DNA of 64,000 nt from Acinetobacter phage vB_AbaSI_3, in sequence record PQ382034.1; one strand, given 5' to 3'. Of the stretch, positions 11,760-20,617 are shown in pieces; the first letter of the stretch is position 1; the number at the start of each line of letters is the position of its first letter. Both the position numbers and the translations under genes were made by a program. The notes under the pieces are model-generated. The model was not told the DNA's origin. It did no database searches and was given only the letters and a program-made list of their open reading frames with translations.

Positions 11760-12845
11760 TTAATATATGATTCCGGCATCCAATGCAGAACGATGAACAA
11801 TACGCCCATGTCTAGATTCTTGGACATCCACTTCCGGGAAATCTTTAATCATTTTAGCTAAAGTTAACAAATGATAGTAGTATGGATTATCTTCCGGAGG
11901 TTGTTTCCAATCACCACCAGTTTTTGTAATCTTTTCAATTTCATCCATTACCCACCAACCAGCCCAAATATATGCAGAATTACGATGTGGAAGAGGATGA
12001 ACATATTGACGTTTATCTTCAGGTATAACGATTTCTTTTTCTGAAACATTAACCGATGTACTTTTCTTAACAGTGAACGGCAAATAATTTGCATGGGTCG
12101 CAGTTAATGTACATTCATGGTTAACTGTACCAACGCTTGAAGCTGTTACATTAATTTTTGCTGTTGTCTCTCCAGTATTCCAAGCATAAGCATAAGTAAC
12201 ACCAGCTGGACCACCTGAGGCAATAGCATCAACAGAATAAACATCACCAACTTTAACATCAGAACTATCCGCCAACACGTTAAAATTGACACCAGTCATT
12301 GCAGTTTTATTAACAGTGATAGTCAACTCATTAGAATTGATAACTTTATCATTATAATCAGTTGCTTTAACTGTAATTTTACATGTAAGTTTTACTGGTC
12401 CAGGAGCAGTTGGCGTTTTAGTTGTAGTTGCTGTAGTAGAACCATCAGACCAAAGATATGTAATTGTTGCGCCAGCTGGTTGACCTGCAACAGTTGCTGT
12501 TGCTGTATAAGATTCACCAAAATTAATAGTAGGTTTCGATGTAGCAATAGAACCGGTAGTAGTCTGGGTAATTTTAGTTACAGTTAAGTTCGTTGTTGCC
12601 GTTTTAACATCATCAGCTTCGCCTTCGACTTTAGTTGTTGATGTAACTTTAATTACATTTGTGCCTACCTTTGTAGTTACATAATCTAAAGTATTTGTAG
12701 TCGACGCTTGAGCAACACCATCGACTTCCCATTTATATTCAACAGTCGAACCTTCTGGCGCACCAGTAACAGTTGCAGTAAACTTTTGGGTTTTCCCTTT
12801 TTCGACAGAAGGGTTAACTGGGGCTATTTGTAAGGTTGTTGCCAT
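11760..12845 (-). CDS. hoc: Hoc-like outer capsid protein with Ig-like repeats
   Basis: 361 aa. Thr/Val-rich Ig-like repeats followed by a Trp-rich C-terminal domain. Position after gp24 matches T4. Confidence 0.7.
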   Translation of the reverse strand: MATTLQIAPVNPSVEKGKTQKFTATVTGAPEGSTVEYKWEVDGVAQASTTNTLDYVTTKVGTNVIKVTSTTKVEGEADDVKTATTNLTVTKITQTTTGSIATSKPTINFGESYTATATVAGQPAGATITYLWSDGSTTATTTKTPTAPGPVKLTCKITVKATDYNDKVINSNELTITVNKTAMTGVNFNVLADSSDVKVGDVYSVDAIASGGPAGVTYAYAWNTGETTAKINVTASSVGTVNHECTLTATHANYLPFTVKKSTSVNVSEKEIVIPEDKRQYVHPLPHRNSAYIWAGWWVMDEIEKITKTGGDWKQPPEDNPYYYHLLTLAKMIKDFPEVDVQESRHGRIVHRSALDAGIIY

Positions 12846-12854
12846 TAGTTGTCC

Positions 12855-13565
12855 TTAGCTTAAAGTTACAAAACTTGAATTTCGTGTTTCACGAATACGG
12901 ACGGAGCCGTCACGATTGATGTAATAAATTAAACTTTTCAGTACATCTAATCCGTGGTAATGCGGGAAAGCATTTGGGTTAGATTTCCAGTCAGGATTTT
13001 GTGTGATCCAATCATAGATCCACCATGGTAGTGTGTAATATCCTGGCGCAGGACCAATGAGTTCAAATGCAGGTTTAAAATTATCCGGCAAAACTGATTT
13101 TGGCGATTCAATATCTTGAGGCACAATTTCCGCTGAAAGCTTAATTTCTTGTACAGGTGTTATAGGTTTAATAACAACATCGGCTACAACTTTTTCACCA
13201 AGCTCACCAGTTTCAGTTCGAACATCGATAATTTTAAAATCTTCAACCACAGGTGAATCAATTAACAATTTTTGTGCTTGTTCTTTGACTTCATCAAAAA
13301 CTAGTTTGCCATCTAAGCTATCAGCCGCAGTGATCAAATCGTTGATTGTCAAGCCTTCATTGTCTTCAGGCAGTGGCTCATTAGCCAATTCAGCGAGTCC
13401 GGCTTTAATATCAGCTACAATTGAATCAAACGATTTTGTCTTTTTAATTCTGATGCCAAACGTTGCTGCATATTCTGCTAACTTCTCTTTGGCAAGACGC
13501 TTGTCTTCAACTGAAATTTGCTCTAACTCTTTTATATAATCATGATCTAACATGTATTTCTCCAA
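12855..13565 (-). CDS. inh: Inh-like protein (head protein, inhibitor of the prohead protease)
   Basis: 236 aa. Position between hoc and uvsW as in T4. Its C-terminal module resembles the Hoc C-terminus. A late promoter lies upstream on the minus strand. Confidence 0.5.
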   Translation of the reverse strand: MEKYMLDHDYIKELEQISVEDKRLAKEKLAEYAATFGIRIKKTKSFDSIVADIKAGLAELANEPLPEDNEGLTINDLITAADSLDGKLVFDEVKEQAQKLLIDSPVVEDFKIIDVRTETGELGEKVVADVVIKPITPVQEIKLSAEIVPQDIESPKSVLPDNFKPAFELIGPAPGYYTLPWWIYDWITQNPDWKSNPNAFPHYHGLDVLKSLIYYINRDGSVRIRETRNSSFVTLS

Positions 13566-13583
13566 TATGGGATTAATTTATTT

Positions 13584-13605
13584 TATTTATACTTGCGTAT
13601 AAATA
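13584..13605. promoter_or_regulatory. Divergent late promoters: minus-strand TATAAATA (13584..13591) towards inh/hoc and plus-strand TATAAATA (13598..13605) towards uvsW
   Basis: Two exact octamers in opposite orientation inside the 70-bp divergent spacer. Confidence 0.6.
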
Positions 13606-13634
13606 TCTTTATACTAAAGCTTAGGTAAAGAATC

Positions 13635-15146
13635 ATGAGTGACATCAACGTAATGTTTTACGATTATAGCCACATCAAGATCAGTACCCAGCAGTCGATA
13701 TTCAGAGAACTAAGAGATTACTTCTCATTTTATGTGGATGGATATCAGTTTTCGCCTAAATATGTTTATGGTACTTGGGATGGAAGATTAAAGATGCTTG
13801 GAACTGATGGCTTGCTACCATTTGGCCTTTTAGGACAAGTAGTAAAATTTGCACAAAATAATATGCTATCAATTGCTATCCATCCGGATGTTTCAGCTAA
13901 AACTGAAATGACACGTGACGCCTTCAATGATTGGATTAGTTCTAAGACGTATTATTCTGGCTCAGAAGAAATCTTCCCGTATTGGTATCAACTCAATGCA
14001 GTATATGAAGCCATTGTTAACAAACGCAGAATTTTGAATTTGCCTACATCAGCTGGTAAATCGTTAATTCAAGCCTTATTGACAAAATATGTCATAGAAA
14101 CATCAGATCGTTCAGTTTTAATTTTAGTGCCAACAACTTCTCTTGTAACTCAGATGAAAGATGATTTTGTTGATTATCGATTGTTTGAAGAAGATGAGAT
14201 TGCAGAAGTTCGTTCAGGCAAGCGCCAAAAGCATGAACGAATTGTTATTTCTACATGGCAATCAGCTATCAAAAAGCCAAAGGAATGGTTCAATCAATTC
14301 AATATGTTATTGTGTGATGAAATGCATTTAGCCATTGGCAAATCTATTTCAGAAATAATTAACAAATTAAACTACTGTGAATTCAAAATAGGCTTGTCTG
14401 GATCACTACGTGATGGCAAAGCCAATTTAATGCAGTATATTGGATTGTTTGGTGAAATCTATAGCCCAGTTAGCACAAAGGACTTGATGAATGCTGGTCA
14501 AGTGTCTCAGTTAAAAATCAATGCACTGTTCTTGAAATATCCTGAAACAGTATCAGATTCTGTAGCAAAATTTGATTATGCATCTGAAATAAAATTCATC
14601 ACAAAATTACAAAAACGCACAGACTGGATATCAAATTTATCACTCAAGCTTGCTAATCGCGATGAAAATGTCTTTGTGATGTTTAAGAATATCGAACATG
14701 GCAAAGCAATATATGATTCAATCAAAGCTACAGGTTATGAAAAAGTATTTTATGTTTCAGGAGAAGTTAGCTCCGATCAACGAACATATTTGAAGAAAAT
14801 GGCCGAAGAAGATTCAGGAATAATTATTATTGCGTCATATGGGGTGTTCTCTACTGGTATTTCAGTCAAGAATCTGCATCATGTGGTTTTAGCACATCCT
14901 GTAAAGTCGAAAGTTATAGTTCTGCAAACAATTGGACGAGTACTCCGTAAACACCAATCTAAATCAATTGCTATGATATGGGATCTAATAGATGACATGT
15001 CTATAACTATCGAGAAAAACGGAACTAAACAAAGAAAGAATGTTAATTATGCACTTAAACATGCTATTGAACGTATTGAACGATATGCTGCAGAGCAATT
15101 TGATTACATAATGAAAGACATTCATTTCTTGCCAGGGACCAAATAG
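13635..15146 (+). CDS. uvsW: UvsW DNA/RNA helicase (SF2, DEMH box)
   Basis: 503 aa. Walker A PTSAGKS. LLCDEMH DExH box. Synteny. A late promoter lies upstream. Confidence 0.85.
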   Translation: MSDINVMFYDYSHIKISTQQSIFRELRDYFSFYVDGYQFSPKYVYGTWDGRLKMLGTDGLLPFGLLGQVVKFAQNNMLSIAIHPDVSAKTEMTRDAFNDWISSKTYYSGSEEIFPYWYQLNAVYEAIVNKRRILNLPTSAGKSLIQALLTKYVIETSDRSVLILVPTTSLVTQMKDDFVDYRLFEEDEIAEVRSGKRQKHERIVISTWQSAIKKPKEWFNQFNMLLCDEMHLAIGKSISEIINKLNYCEFKIGLSGSLRDGKANLMQYIGLFGEIYSPVSTKDLMNAGQVSQLKINALFLKYPETVSDSVAKFDYASEIKFITKLQKRTDWISNLSLKLANRDENVFVMFKNIEHGKAIYDSIKATGYEKVFYVSGEVSSDQRTYLKKMAEEDSGIIIIASYGVFSTGISVKNLHHVVLAHPVKSKVIVLQTIGRVLRKHQSKSIAMIWDLIDDMSITIEKNGTKQRKNVNYALKHAIERIERYAAEQFDYIMKDIHFLPGTK

Positions 15147-15157
15147 GTCCCTTTGTG
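15133..15157 (+). terminator. Hairpin after uvsW
   Basis: cagggacc-aaata-ggtccctttgtg. Confidence 0.55.
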
Positions 15158-15160
15158 CTA

Positions 15161-15430
15161 TCAATAATTTTCGTCACAGTCTTCACACATTTTGCGATCA
15201 GCTATTTCATTGTAGACACGAATTTCAACTCGTCGCCAATGATCACACTCTTCACAACAAAACACACGAGTTTCTAAGTTGTCAATAAAGATGACTGAAT
15301 GCTTTAGATTCGGATCTAAATTCATTTCGATCAAATTTTTCTCTAGCGCATTACCCCAAGTTTCTTCTAAACCGTCTAGGCGTTCTGCTAGCCCATCCAT
15401 TTGGATATCGTCTGGTTGCTCAAATTTCAT
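15161..15430 (-). CDS. Small zinc-ribbon protein (CCEEC...CEDC)
   Basis: 89 aa with a C-terminal Cys cluster. Confidence 0.4.
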   Translation of the reverse strand: MKFEQPDDIQMDGLAERLDGLEETWGNALEKNLIEMNLDPNLKHSVIFIDNLETRVFCCEECDHWRRVEIRVYNEIADRKMCEDCDENY

Positions 15431-15692
15431 AAGGCTTACTCCAAAATGTTAAAAATCTATTGCGCATTTCATCATCGCATAAGTTGAAAATAATCAAACA
15501 AATCGAATCATGGTCTCCTTCATCAAAGAACTTGACTAGGTCTGTCATAGATTTTTTAGATCCATCAGAAAATGCTAAACATTTTCCATCTTTATTGCGC
15601 AGTATTATTTCTTGGCACCAGTTATGCACCTCAAGTTTAAATATTTTGCCATTAGCGTTTATTGTTACAATAGATGTAGGTAAAGTAACCAT
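15420..15692 (-). CDS. Hypothetical protein
   Basis: 90-aa ORF co-directional with its neighbours. Its start overlaps the stop of the upstream gene. Confidence 0.35.
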   Translation of the reverse strand: MVTLPTSIVTINANGKIFKLEVHNWCQEIILRNKDGKCLAFSDGSKKSMTDLVKFFDEGDHDSICLIIFNLCDDEMRNRFLTFWSKPYEI

Positions 15693-16009
15693 TATTTGTA
15701 CTCCTTTTCATCAACATAGAATTCTAACTCTTTGGTGACACCATCTACGGTGACTATGCCACGTTCAAAGTCAAAATCCTTAACAAGTAAACGTGTTTTC
15801 CACGGATCAATTCCCCAGCCCCATGGAAATTTACGATATGGGCAAACATAGTGGACGTTTGTCAATGTAACGTTATCACCCATTGTAGCAAACTCTAATC
15901 CAGGCGCACCGATGAATTGGACTACCCAGCGTTCAGATAAGTTGCGTACTGTTGGTTCGTCGCATGTTAGTGTAACTTGTTCTGGACGAAAAGATGATAC
16001 TTTAGCCAT
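15692..16009 (-). CDS. Hypothetical protein
   Basis: 105-aa ORF preceded by a hairpin terminator of the upstream micro-ORF. I see no resemblance to UvsY. Confidence 0.4.
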   Translation of the reverse strand: MAKVSSFRPEQVTLTCDEPTVRNLSERWVVQFIGAPGLEFATMGDNVTLTNVHYVCPYRKFPWGWGIDPWKTRLLVKDFDFERGIVTVDGVTKELEFYVDEKEYK

Positions 16010-16087
16010 AATATTTTACTCATAATTATTAAGATAGAAGCATTATATACCACAAAAGGACCATAGTAAATAGTCCTTTGTAGATTA

Positions 16088-16252
16088 TTTTAGCTTTTTA
16101 TCAGTGTACTTGCAACAAGGTACAAAATGAGAAATATAAACTCCTTGTTCATGACATGGACATCCACATTTTTTAATAATCTCATTCTGCTGTGCTGTTA
16201 GCACAGGTTTCCCAATTTTAAGAATTTTGTTTAGTACTTTTACTAATTTCAT
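16088..16252 (-). CDS. Small Cys-rich protein (CGCPCH...PCCK), 54 aa
   Basis: Translated by hand. Not in the ORF track because it is under 60 aa. Followed by a hairpin terminator. Confidence 0.3.
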
Positions 16253-16263
16253 AACAATAACTC

Positions 16264-16419
16264 TGTTTCTAATAGCATGTCATCATTAGATTCAAGTACT
16301 GGCATGTCTTGAATGTGCTGCAAGCAGTGTCCAGGATGGACAGGTCCTTGATCAGTCTCAACTACCAATGCTTCATCAATCGGCATCTTACATACCGAAC
16401 ATATACGTGTTTCCATTAT
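16264..16419 (-). CDS. Small Cys/His protein (CSVC...HPGHC), 51 aa
   Basis: Translated by hand. RBS GGAG. A TATAAATA late promoter lies just upstream, together with the 62-bp promoter/leader repeat. Confidence 0.35.
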
Positions 16420-16505
16420 TATTCTCCAAATGTGTATAGATGTATTTATAGATCTTTGAACAGCTGATATATCAGATACATCTAAACCATCAGTCCCCTA
16501 TCTTC

Positions 16506-16577
16506 TCCGACCGAATAGATATAATTAGAGCGGTGAACCGGTAGAACCATTATACCATCAAAATTTTATAAAGCAAA
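16506..16577 (-). repeat. Copy A of a roughly 62-bp conserved promoter/leader element, with a MotA-box-like TTTGCTTTA upstream
   Basis: tccgacc...ataattagagcggtgaaccggtagaaccattata(c)catcaaaatttt. On the minus strand it reads ..tttgctttataaaattttgatggTATAATggttctaccggttcaccgctctaattat.. with an extended -10 (TGgTATAAT). Confidence 0.6.
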
Positions 16578-16621
16578 TGTGTGCTTATACATAAGGCGTT
16601 CAACAGATCAAATTTTGATCA

Positions 16622-17020
16622 TCACTGATGTCTAGCGCCACTAAGCTGTAGCTTTAGTTGTTCAAGTGTATCCGGGTTATCTAAGATGCTAAACATAACA
16701 GTTACAATAATAGCATTATTATCATATTGTGCTTGCACTGACACGCCTAGTCTAACAATTCTTGGCTCATATGCACGAATAGCTGATGTTATGCTTTTTT
16801 CTACTGTACTAACTGTAAGTGGAGACATGTTTTCAAATAAAGCATCGCCAATTTCACAGCCGAATTCTGGGTCAAATGGACGAGAGCCTTTAGGTGTTGT
16901 AATAATTCCTAAAAGAGAATTTTTAACTGCACGTGCGCCAACAGATGCAGCTACATCCTTATTCCATGCACGTGCCATTTCAGGTGATATGTCTGTATAC
17001 ATATCATTAATATTTTGCAT
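16622..17020 (-). CDS. 25: Baseplate wedge protein gp25
   Basis: 132 aa, the same length as T4 gp25. Strong recalled match, e.g. IITTPKGSRPFDPEFGC and QLKLQL. Confidence 0.92.
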   Translation of the reverse strand: MQNINDMYTDISPEMARAWNKDVAASVGARAVKNSLLGIITTPKGSRPFDPEFGCEIGDALFENMSPLTVSTVEKSITSAIRAYEPRIVRLGVSVQAQYDNNAIIVTVMFSILDNPDTLEQLKLQLSGARHQ

Positions 17021-17664
17021 TATAGCACCTCAACAAATTCTTTAAAGCCTTTTATAATATGTACATGAGACTTGCCACACTTAGGACATTTGATTGGCAC
17101 AACCAGCACAGGTTGTGGAGCTAATAAAAATGATTTGATATAATTAATATCATCTTCAGTTATTGCATTGTATAGATCTTCTAATTCAAGCTCATTTAAA
17201 TCTTCTACAAAAATCCGTTCATCACCTACATAAATCGATTCTATTGATTTTGCAATCATTAATGGCACATTGTCGTCATCCCAGAGTTCAGGCCATCTAA
17301 ATGCAACTTTAAACTTTTTGAATGGATACAATGTCTCGAGATTACTATTGCCGTAATCTATCTGTGCTTTAGAGACATCTAACTCTACATCATGTACATG
17401 CCCGCATTCACATGTATATTCTTGAGTGACCTTTCCAAAATGTTCGCTATTTGCGATTAAATTGATTAGAACTAATTCGGCATCATGTTTTGGTAAATTC
17501 ATGAGCCCGGTACACTTCTCGATGATTGACGAGTATACCTTCTTCATATTATCGGAGATTGTCGAATCTTTAGAAATTATAAGGCTTGTATAATCTCTCA
17601 ATGAATATGATTTACATTCTACAACGCTAGAGCCTAACTTAACATTGAATTTCTTTTCAAACAT
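17020..17664 (-). CDS. 26: Baseplate hub subunit gp26
   Basis: 214 aa. Synteny after gp25. Cys pairs. Confidence 0.7.
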   Translation of the reverse strand: MFEKKFNVKLGSSVVECKSYSLRDYTSLIISKDSTISDNMKKVYSSIIEKCTGLMNLPKHDAELVLINLIANSEHFGKVTQEYTCECGHVHDVELDVSKAQIDYGNSNLETLYPFKKFKVAFRWPELWDDDNVPLMIAKSIESIYVGDERIFVEDLNELELEDLYNAITEDDINYIKSFLLAPQPVLVVPIKCPKCGKSHVHIIKGFKEFVEVL

Positions 17665-17702
17665 AATTTAGTAGCCTACTAAAAGTTTTATTAAGAGTAT
17701 TT

Positions 17703-17710
17703 ATAAATAT
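17703..17710 (+). promoter_or_regulatory. Late promoter TATAAATA upstream of gp51
   Basis: Exact octamer. Confidence 0.6.
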
Positions 17711-17731
17711 TTTTAATAAAAGGAGGCTTAT

Positions 17732-18487
17732 ATGGCTAATATTATAAGATGTAGACTTCCTGACGGTATTCATCGCTTTAAGCCGTTTACAGTAGCTGAC
17801 TATAGAGATTTCTTACTTATCAGAAATGATATGATTTCTAAAACTGATTCAGAGCAAGAAGAACTTGTCAGTGAATTGGCAGCAGATTATTTTAATGAAT
17901 ACCCTAAGTCATGGCAACAATATTTGTTCTTAAACGTTTTCACTGGATCTGTAGGTAAAACAAAGGTACCAATTGTGTTTCAATGTCCTACTTGTGGCAA
18001 ATCTCAAAAGCGTTTGTTTAATATTGCTCAGGATGGTTTAGTTGCTCCAAAAATACAACTAAATGATGAAACAGAATTGTCGTTCAAATTTCCTGATGAG
18101 ATTTACACTGATTCTGCACGATTGGTCCTAGACAACATTGAAAGTGTATCACACAAAGGGGCTGAATACCGTTGGCAAGATTTAGATAAAGAAACACAAG
18201 ACAATATAATCGAGATGCTGGACTTTGAGAAGTTTGAGATGCTTGTTAAAAAATTAAAGCCTATTCATTTTGAAATGAATATAAGCTGTTGTGAAAAGCA
18301 TACAATTGTATTTGAAGACTTGGCATCTATTTTCAAATTGTTAATTAATCCAGACGAAGTATTTCCATTTTATGAAATCAACAACATTCTAATTAAAAAT
18401 AACTATGATTGGAATTCTATCATGGCGATGCTTCCAGCTGAACGCAGTATAGCACTGTCAATGATAGAAAGGGATAGCAAAAGATGA
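17732..18487 (+). CDS. 51: Baseplate hub assembly catalyst gp51
   Basis: 251 aa (T4 gp51 is 249 aa). Synteny. A late promoter lies upstream. Confidence 0.7.
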   Translation: MANIIRCRLPDGIHRFKPFTVADYRDFLLIRNDMISKTDSEQEELVSELAADYFNEYPKSWQQYLFLNVFTGSVGKTKVPIVFQCPTCGKSQKRLFNIAQDGLVAPKIQLNDETELSFKFPDEIYTDSARLVLDNIESVSHKGAEYRWQDLDKETQDNIIEMLDFEKFEMLVKKLKPIHFEMNISCCEKHTIVFEDLASIFKLLINPDEVFPFYEINNILIKNNYDWNSIMAMLPAERSIALSMIERDSKR

Positions 18488-20067
18488 CACAACAAAGACC
18501 AGGGTATCCTAACGTCAGTATCAAGCTATATGAAGATTATGACGCATGGAAAGAAAATAGATTTATTGAGCTCGCAGCAACATTTACTACACTTACTCTT
18601 CGTGATAGCTTATATGGTACAAATGAAGGCATTCTTCAATTTTATGATTCAAAAAATTTACACGCTAAATTAAATGGCGAACAAATAATTCAAATATCGC
18701 TTTCAAATGCAAATTCTAAAGATGTAATTACACGCATCTATGGATGTAATGACACATCAGTTTCAGTTGATGAAAAGGGCGATAATATTCTTGCATTCAA
18801 CCTCCGTCCTTTACACACAGTAGAAAATGTTAAATTCAGTCGTGCATTCTTTGCTAATGCAACAGAATCTATTGAAACTATGATAAAGTCAATCTACAAC
18901 AATAAAGCACAGCTTGCGCCTAAAGTTAAAGGATTGAATGTTTATGTTCCTCGTGTAGCATGGGTAAACACAATCGAAGATTATTTTGAATATGTTAGAG
19001 AAGTTGGCTTATCTGTTGAATCAGAAACACATGCATTCGTTTGGGAAGATTTTACCGGCATCAATATTTCTGATTACAAATTCATGATTGATCAGAAACC
19101 AAGAGTAATGGTAGTTGGTGATCCCGCACAAATTGGTTCATATATCTCCAATATGAAAGAGCAATTGGCATATGACTTTACTTGGCTCGCTAAAACAAAT
19201 CGAAATGTACGAAACCCACTAGAGAATGTGACAGTGTATAGCCATTCATTCAATGACAAAGAAATTCAAAGAATTTCGATAGGTGAAGGCACTAACTCTG
19301 TTGTCGTATCTAGATCTGGCGGCTATTCTGAAATGACATATCGCAATGGATATGAAGAAGCATTTAGATTGCTTACTATGGCTCAATATGATGGTTATGC
19401 CACATGTAAAGTTATTGGTGACTTTACGCTGACACCATTGCAGAAAGTGATTTTTGGTGACAAAAAGGGACAATTCAAAACTGAATTTTATATTGATGAA
19501 GTAATTCATGTCATCACAAACAATTCATCTGAAACTCATTTATACTTGTTCACAAATGGTAAAGATCTTGTGCCAGTAAACATCGAAAAAATTAAAAATG
19601 AGATTGAGACCATTACTCCTCCATCAGATACAGTTCAACCTGAAGCATCAGCTGACAGGAAAGGTGCACAATGGGATCTCGATAAGTTATCAGAAGTAGT
19701 TTTGAAGAATGCACAAGGAAGAAAATCTACAGGTGAATGTGCATTGTATGTTCGTAAAGCGTTACAAGCAGCGCAATTACAGAGTTTCTTCGCCGGTGGG
19801 CTAGGTAATGCAAATGAAATGCCATCACGGCTAACACAGATGGGATGGATCGCAGTAGGTCAAAACGTTAAAAATGTCAAGAAAGGCGACATTGCAGTGT
19901 TCCAACGAACTAATACACGCCTTGGACAGAAATATGGCCATATTTGTATTTTTACCGGATCACAGTGGGTGTCAGACTTTATCCAATCTAGTGTACAACC
20001 TAACAGAAATGATAATTTAACCTATACCGTATATAGAGCCCGTTATGGGTATAGTGCAGGAGCATAA
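18484..20067 (+). CDS. 27: Baseplate hub subunit gp27 with an additional C-terminal papain-like Cys/His (CHAP/NlpC-P60-type) domain
   Basis: 527 aa. The first roughly 385 aa align with T4 gp27 as I recall it (MxxQRPGYPNxSxKL...EFYxDEVIH). The last roughly 140 aa are extra and carry TGECALYVRKAL ... GHICIFTG. Confidence 0.85.
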   Translation: MTQQRPGYPNVSIKLYEDYDAWKENRFIELAATFTTLTLRDSLYGTNEGILQFYDSKNLHAKLNGEQIIQISLSNANSKDVITRIYGCNDTSVSVDEKGDNILAFNLRPLHTVENVKFSRAFFANATESIETMIKSIYNNKAQLAPKVKGLNVYVPRVAWVNTIEDYFEYVREVGLSVESETHAFVWEDFTGINISDYKFMIDQKPRVMVVGDPAQIGSYISNMKEQLAYDFTWLAKTNRNVRNPLENVTVYSHSFNDKEIQRISIGEGTNSVVVSRSGGYSEMTYRNGYEEAFRLLTMAQYDGYATCKVIGDFTLTPLQKVIFGDKKGQFKTEFYIDEVIHVITNNSSETHLYLFTNGKDLVPVNIEKIKNEIETITPPSDTVQPEASADRKGAQWDLDKLSEVVLKNAQGRKSTGECALYVRKALQAAQLQSFFAGGLGNANEMPSRLTQMGWIAVGQNVKNVKKGDIAVFQRTNTRLGQKYGHICIFTGSQWVSDFIQSSVQPNRNDNLTYTVYRARYGYSAGA

Positions 20068-20068
20068 A

Positions 20069-20617
20069 ATGGGAAATGTAAAATTAGAATTAGAGCCAAA
20101 ATCTAAAGTGATTGAAGTTAATGGCAAAACTATCAAAGTCCCAAAACTTGGACTTAAACATAGACTATTGATGAAAGAAGGTATTAGCCATGAAGATGCA
20201 ATGAAGGTGCTCCTAAACTATATTCAACCTAATTTATCATTAGCTGAAAGAGATTTATTGACACTTCACTTATTGGAGTATAATGGTAGAATTCGTTCGC
20301 AAGTTAAAGCCGGTGAATTCTTGTATGACATAAACAACGCATACATATGTCAACAATTAAAATTTAATTATGAAGATTATGAATTTAAATTCAGATCTCC
20401 AACAATGGAACTTATGAAAGGCCCATTAGACATTCTTTTGAAAGAGTGTTGTGTAAGTGTCAAGAAATCAGGTGAAAAAATTCCTGTACCCGATTTCATG
20501 GATATGCCAGCATTTGTCTACAGATGGGCAGATATGATAACAAATACTGTTGCCATTGATGGTCCATTTGGGCAAATCAGAGGCTTGTATAAAGTAGTGG
20601 AGTTATTCAGTGAATAA
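20069..20617 (+). CDS. 28: Baseplate hub distal subunit gp28
   Basis: 182 aa from the ATG that follows RBS GGAGCA. Synteny. Confidence 0.65.
   Translation: MGNVKLELEPKSKVIEVNGKTIKVPKLGLKHRLLMKEGISHEDAMKVLLNYIQPNLSLAERDLLTLHLLEYNGRIRSQVKAGEFLYDINNAYICQQLKFNYEDYEFKFRSPTMELMKGPLDILLKECCVSVKKSGEKIPVPDFMDMPAFVYRWADMITNTVAIDGPFGQIRGLYKVVELFSE

Noticed and set aside
17691-17710. Bidirectional late promoter between gp26 and gp51
   Set aside because: Only the plus-strand TATAAATA is exact. The minus-strand reading (tattttata) is off by one T, so only the gp51 promoter is called.
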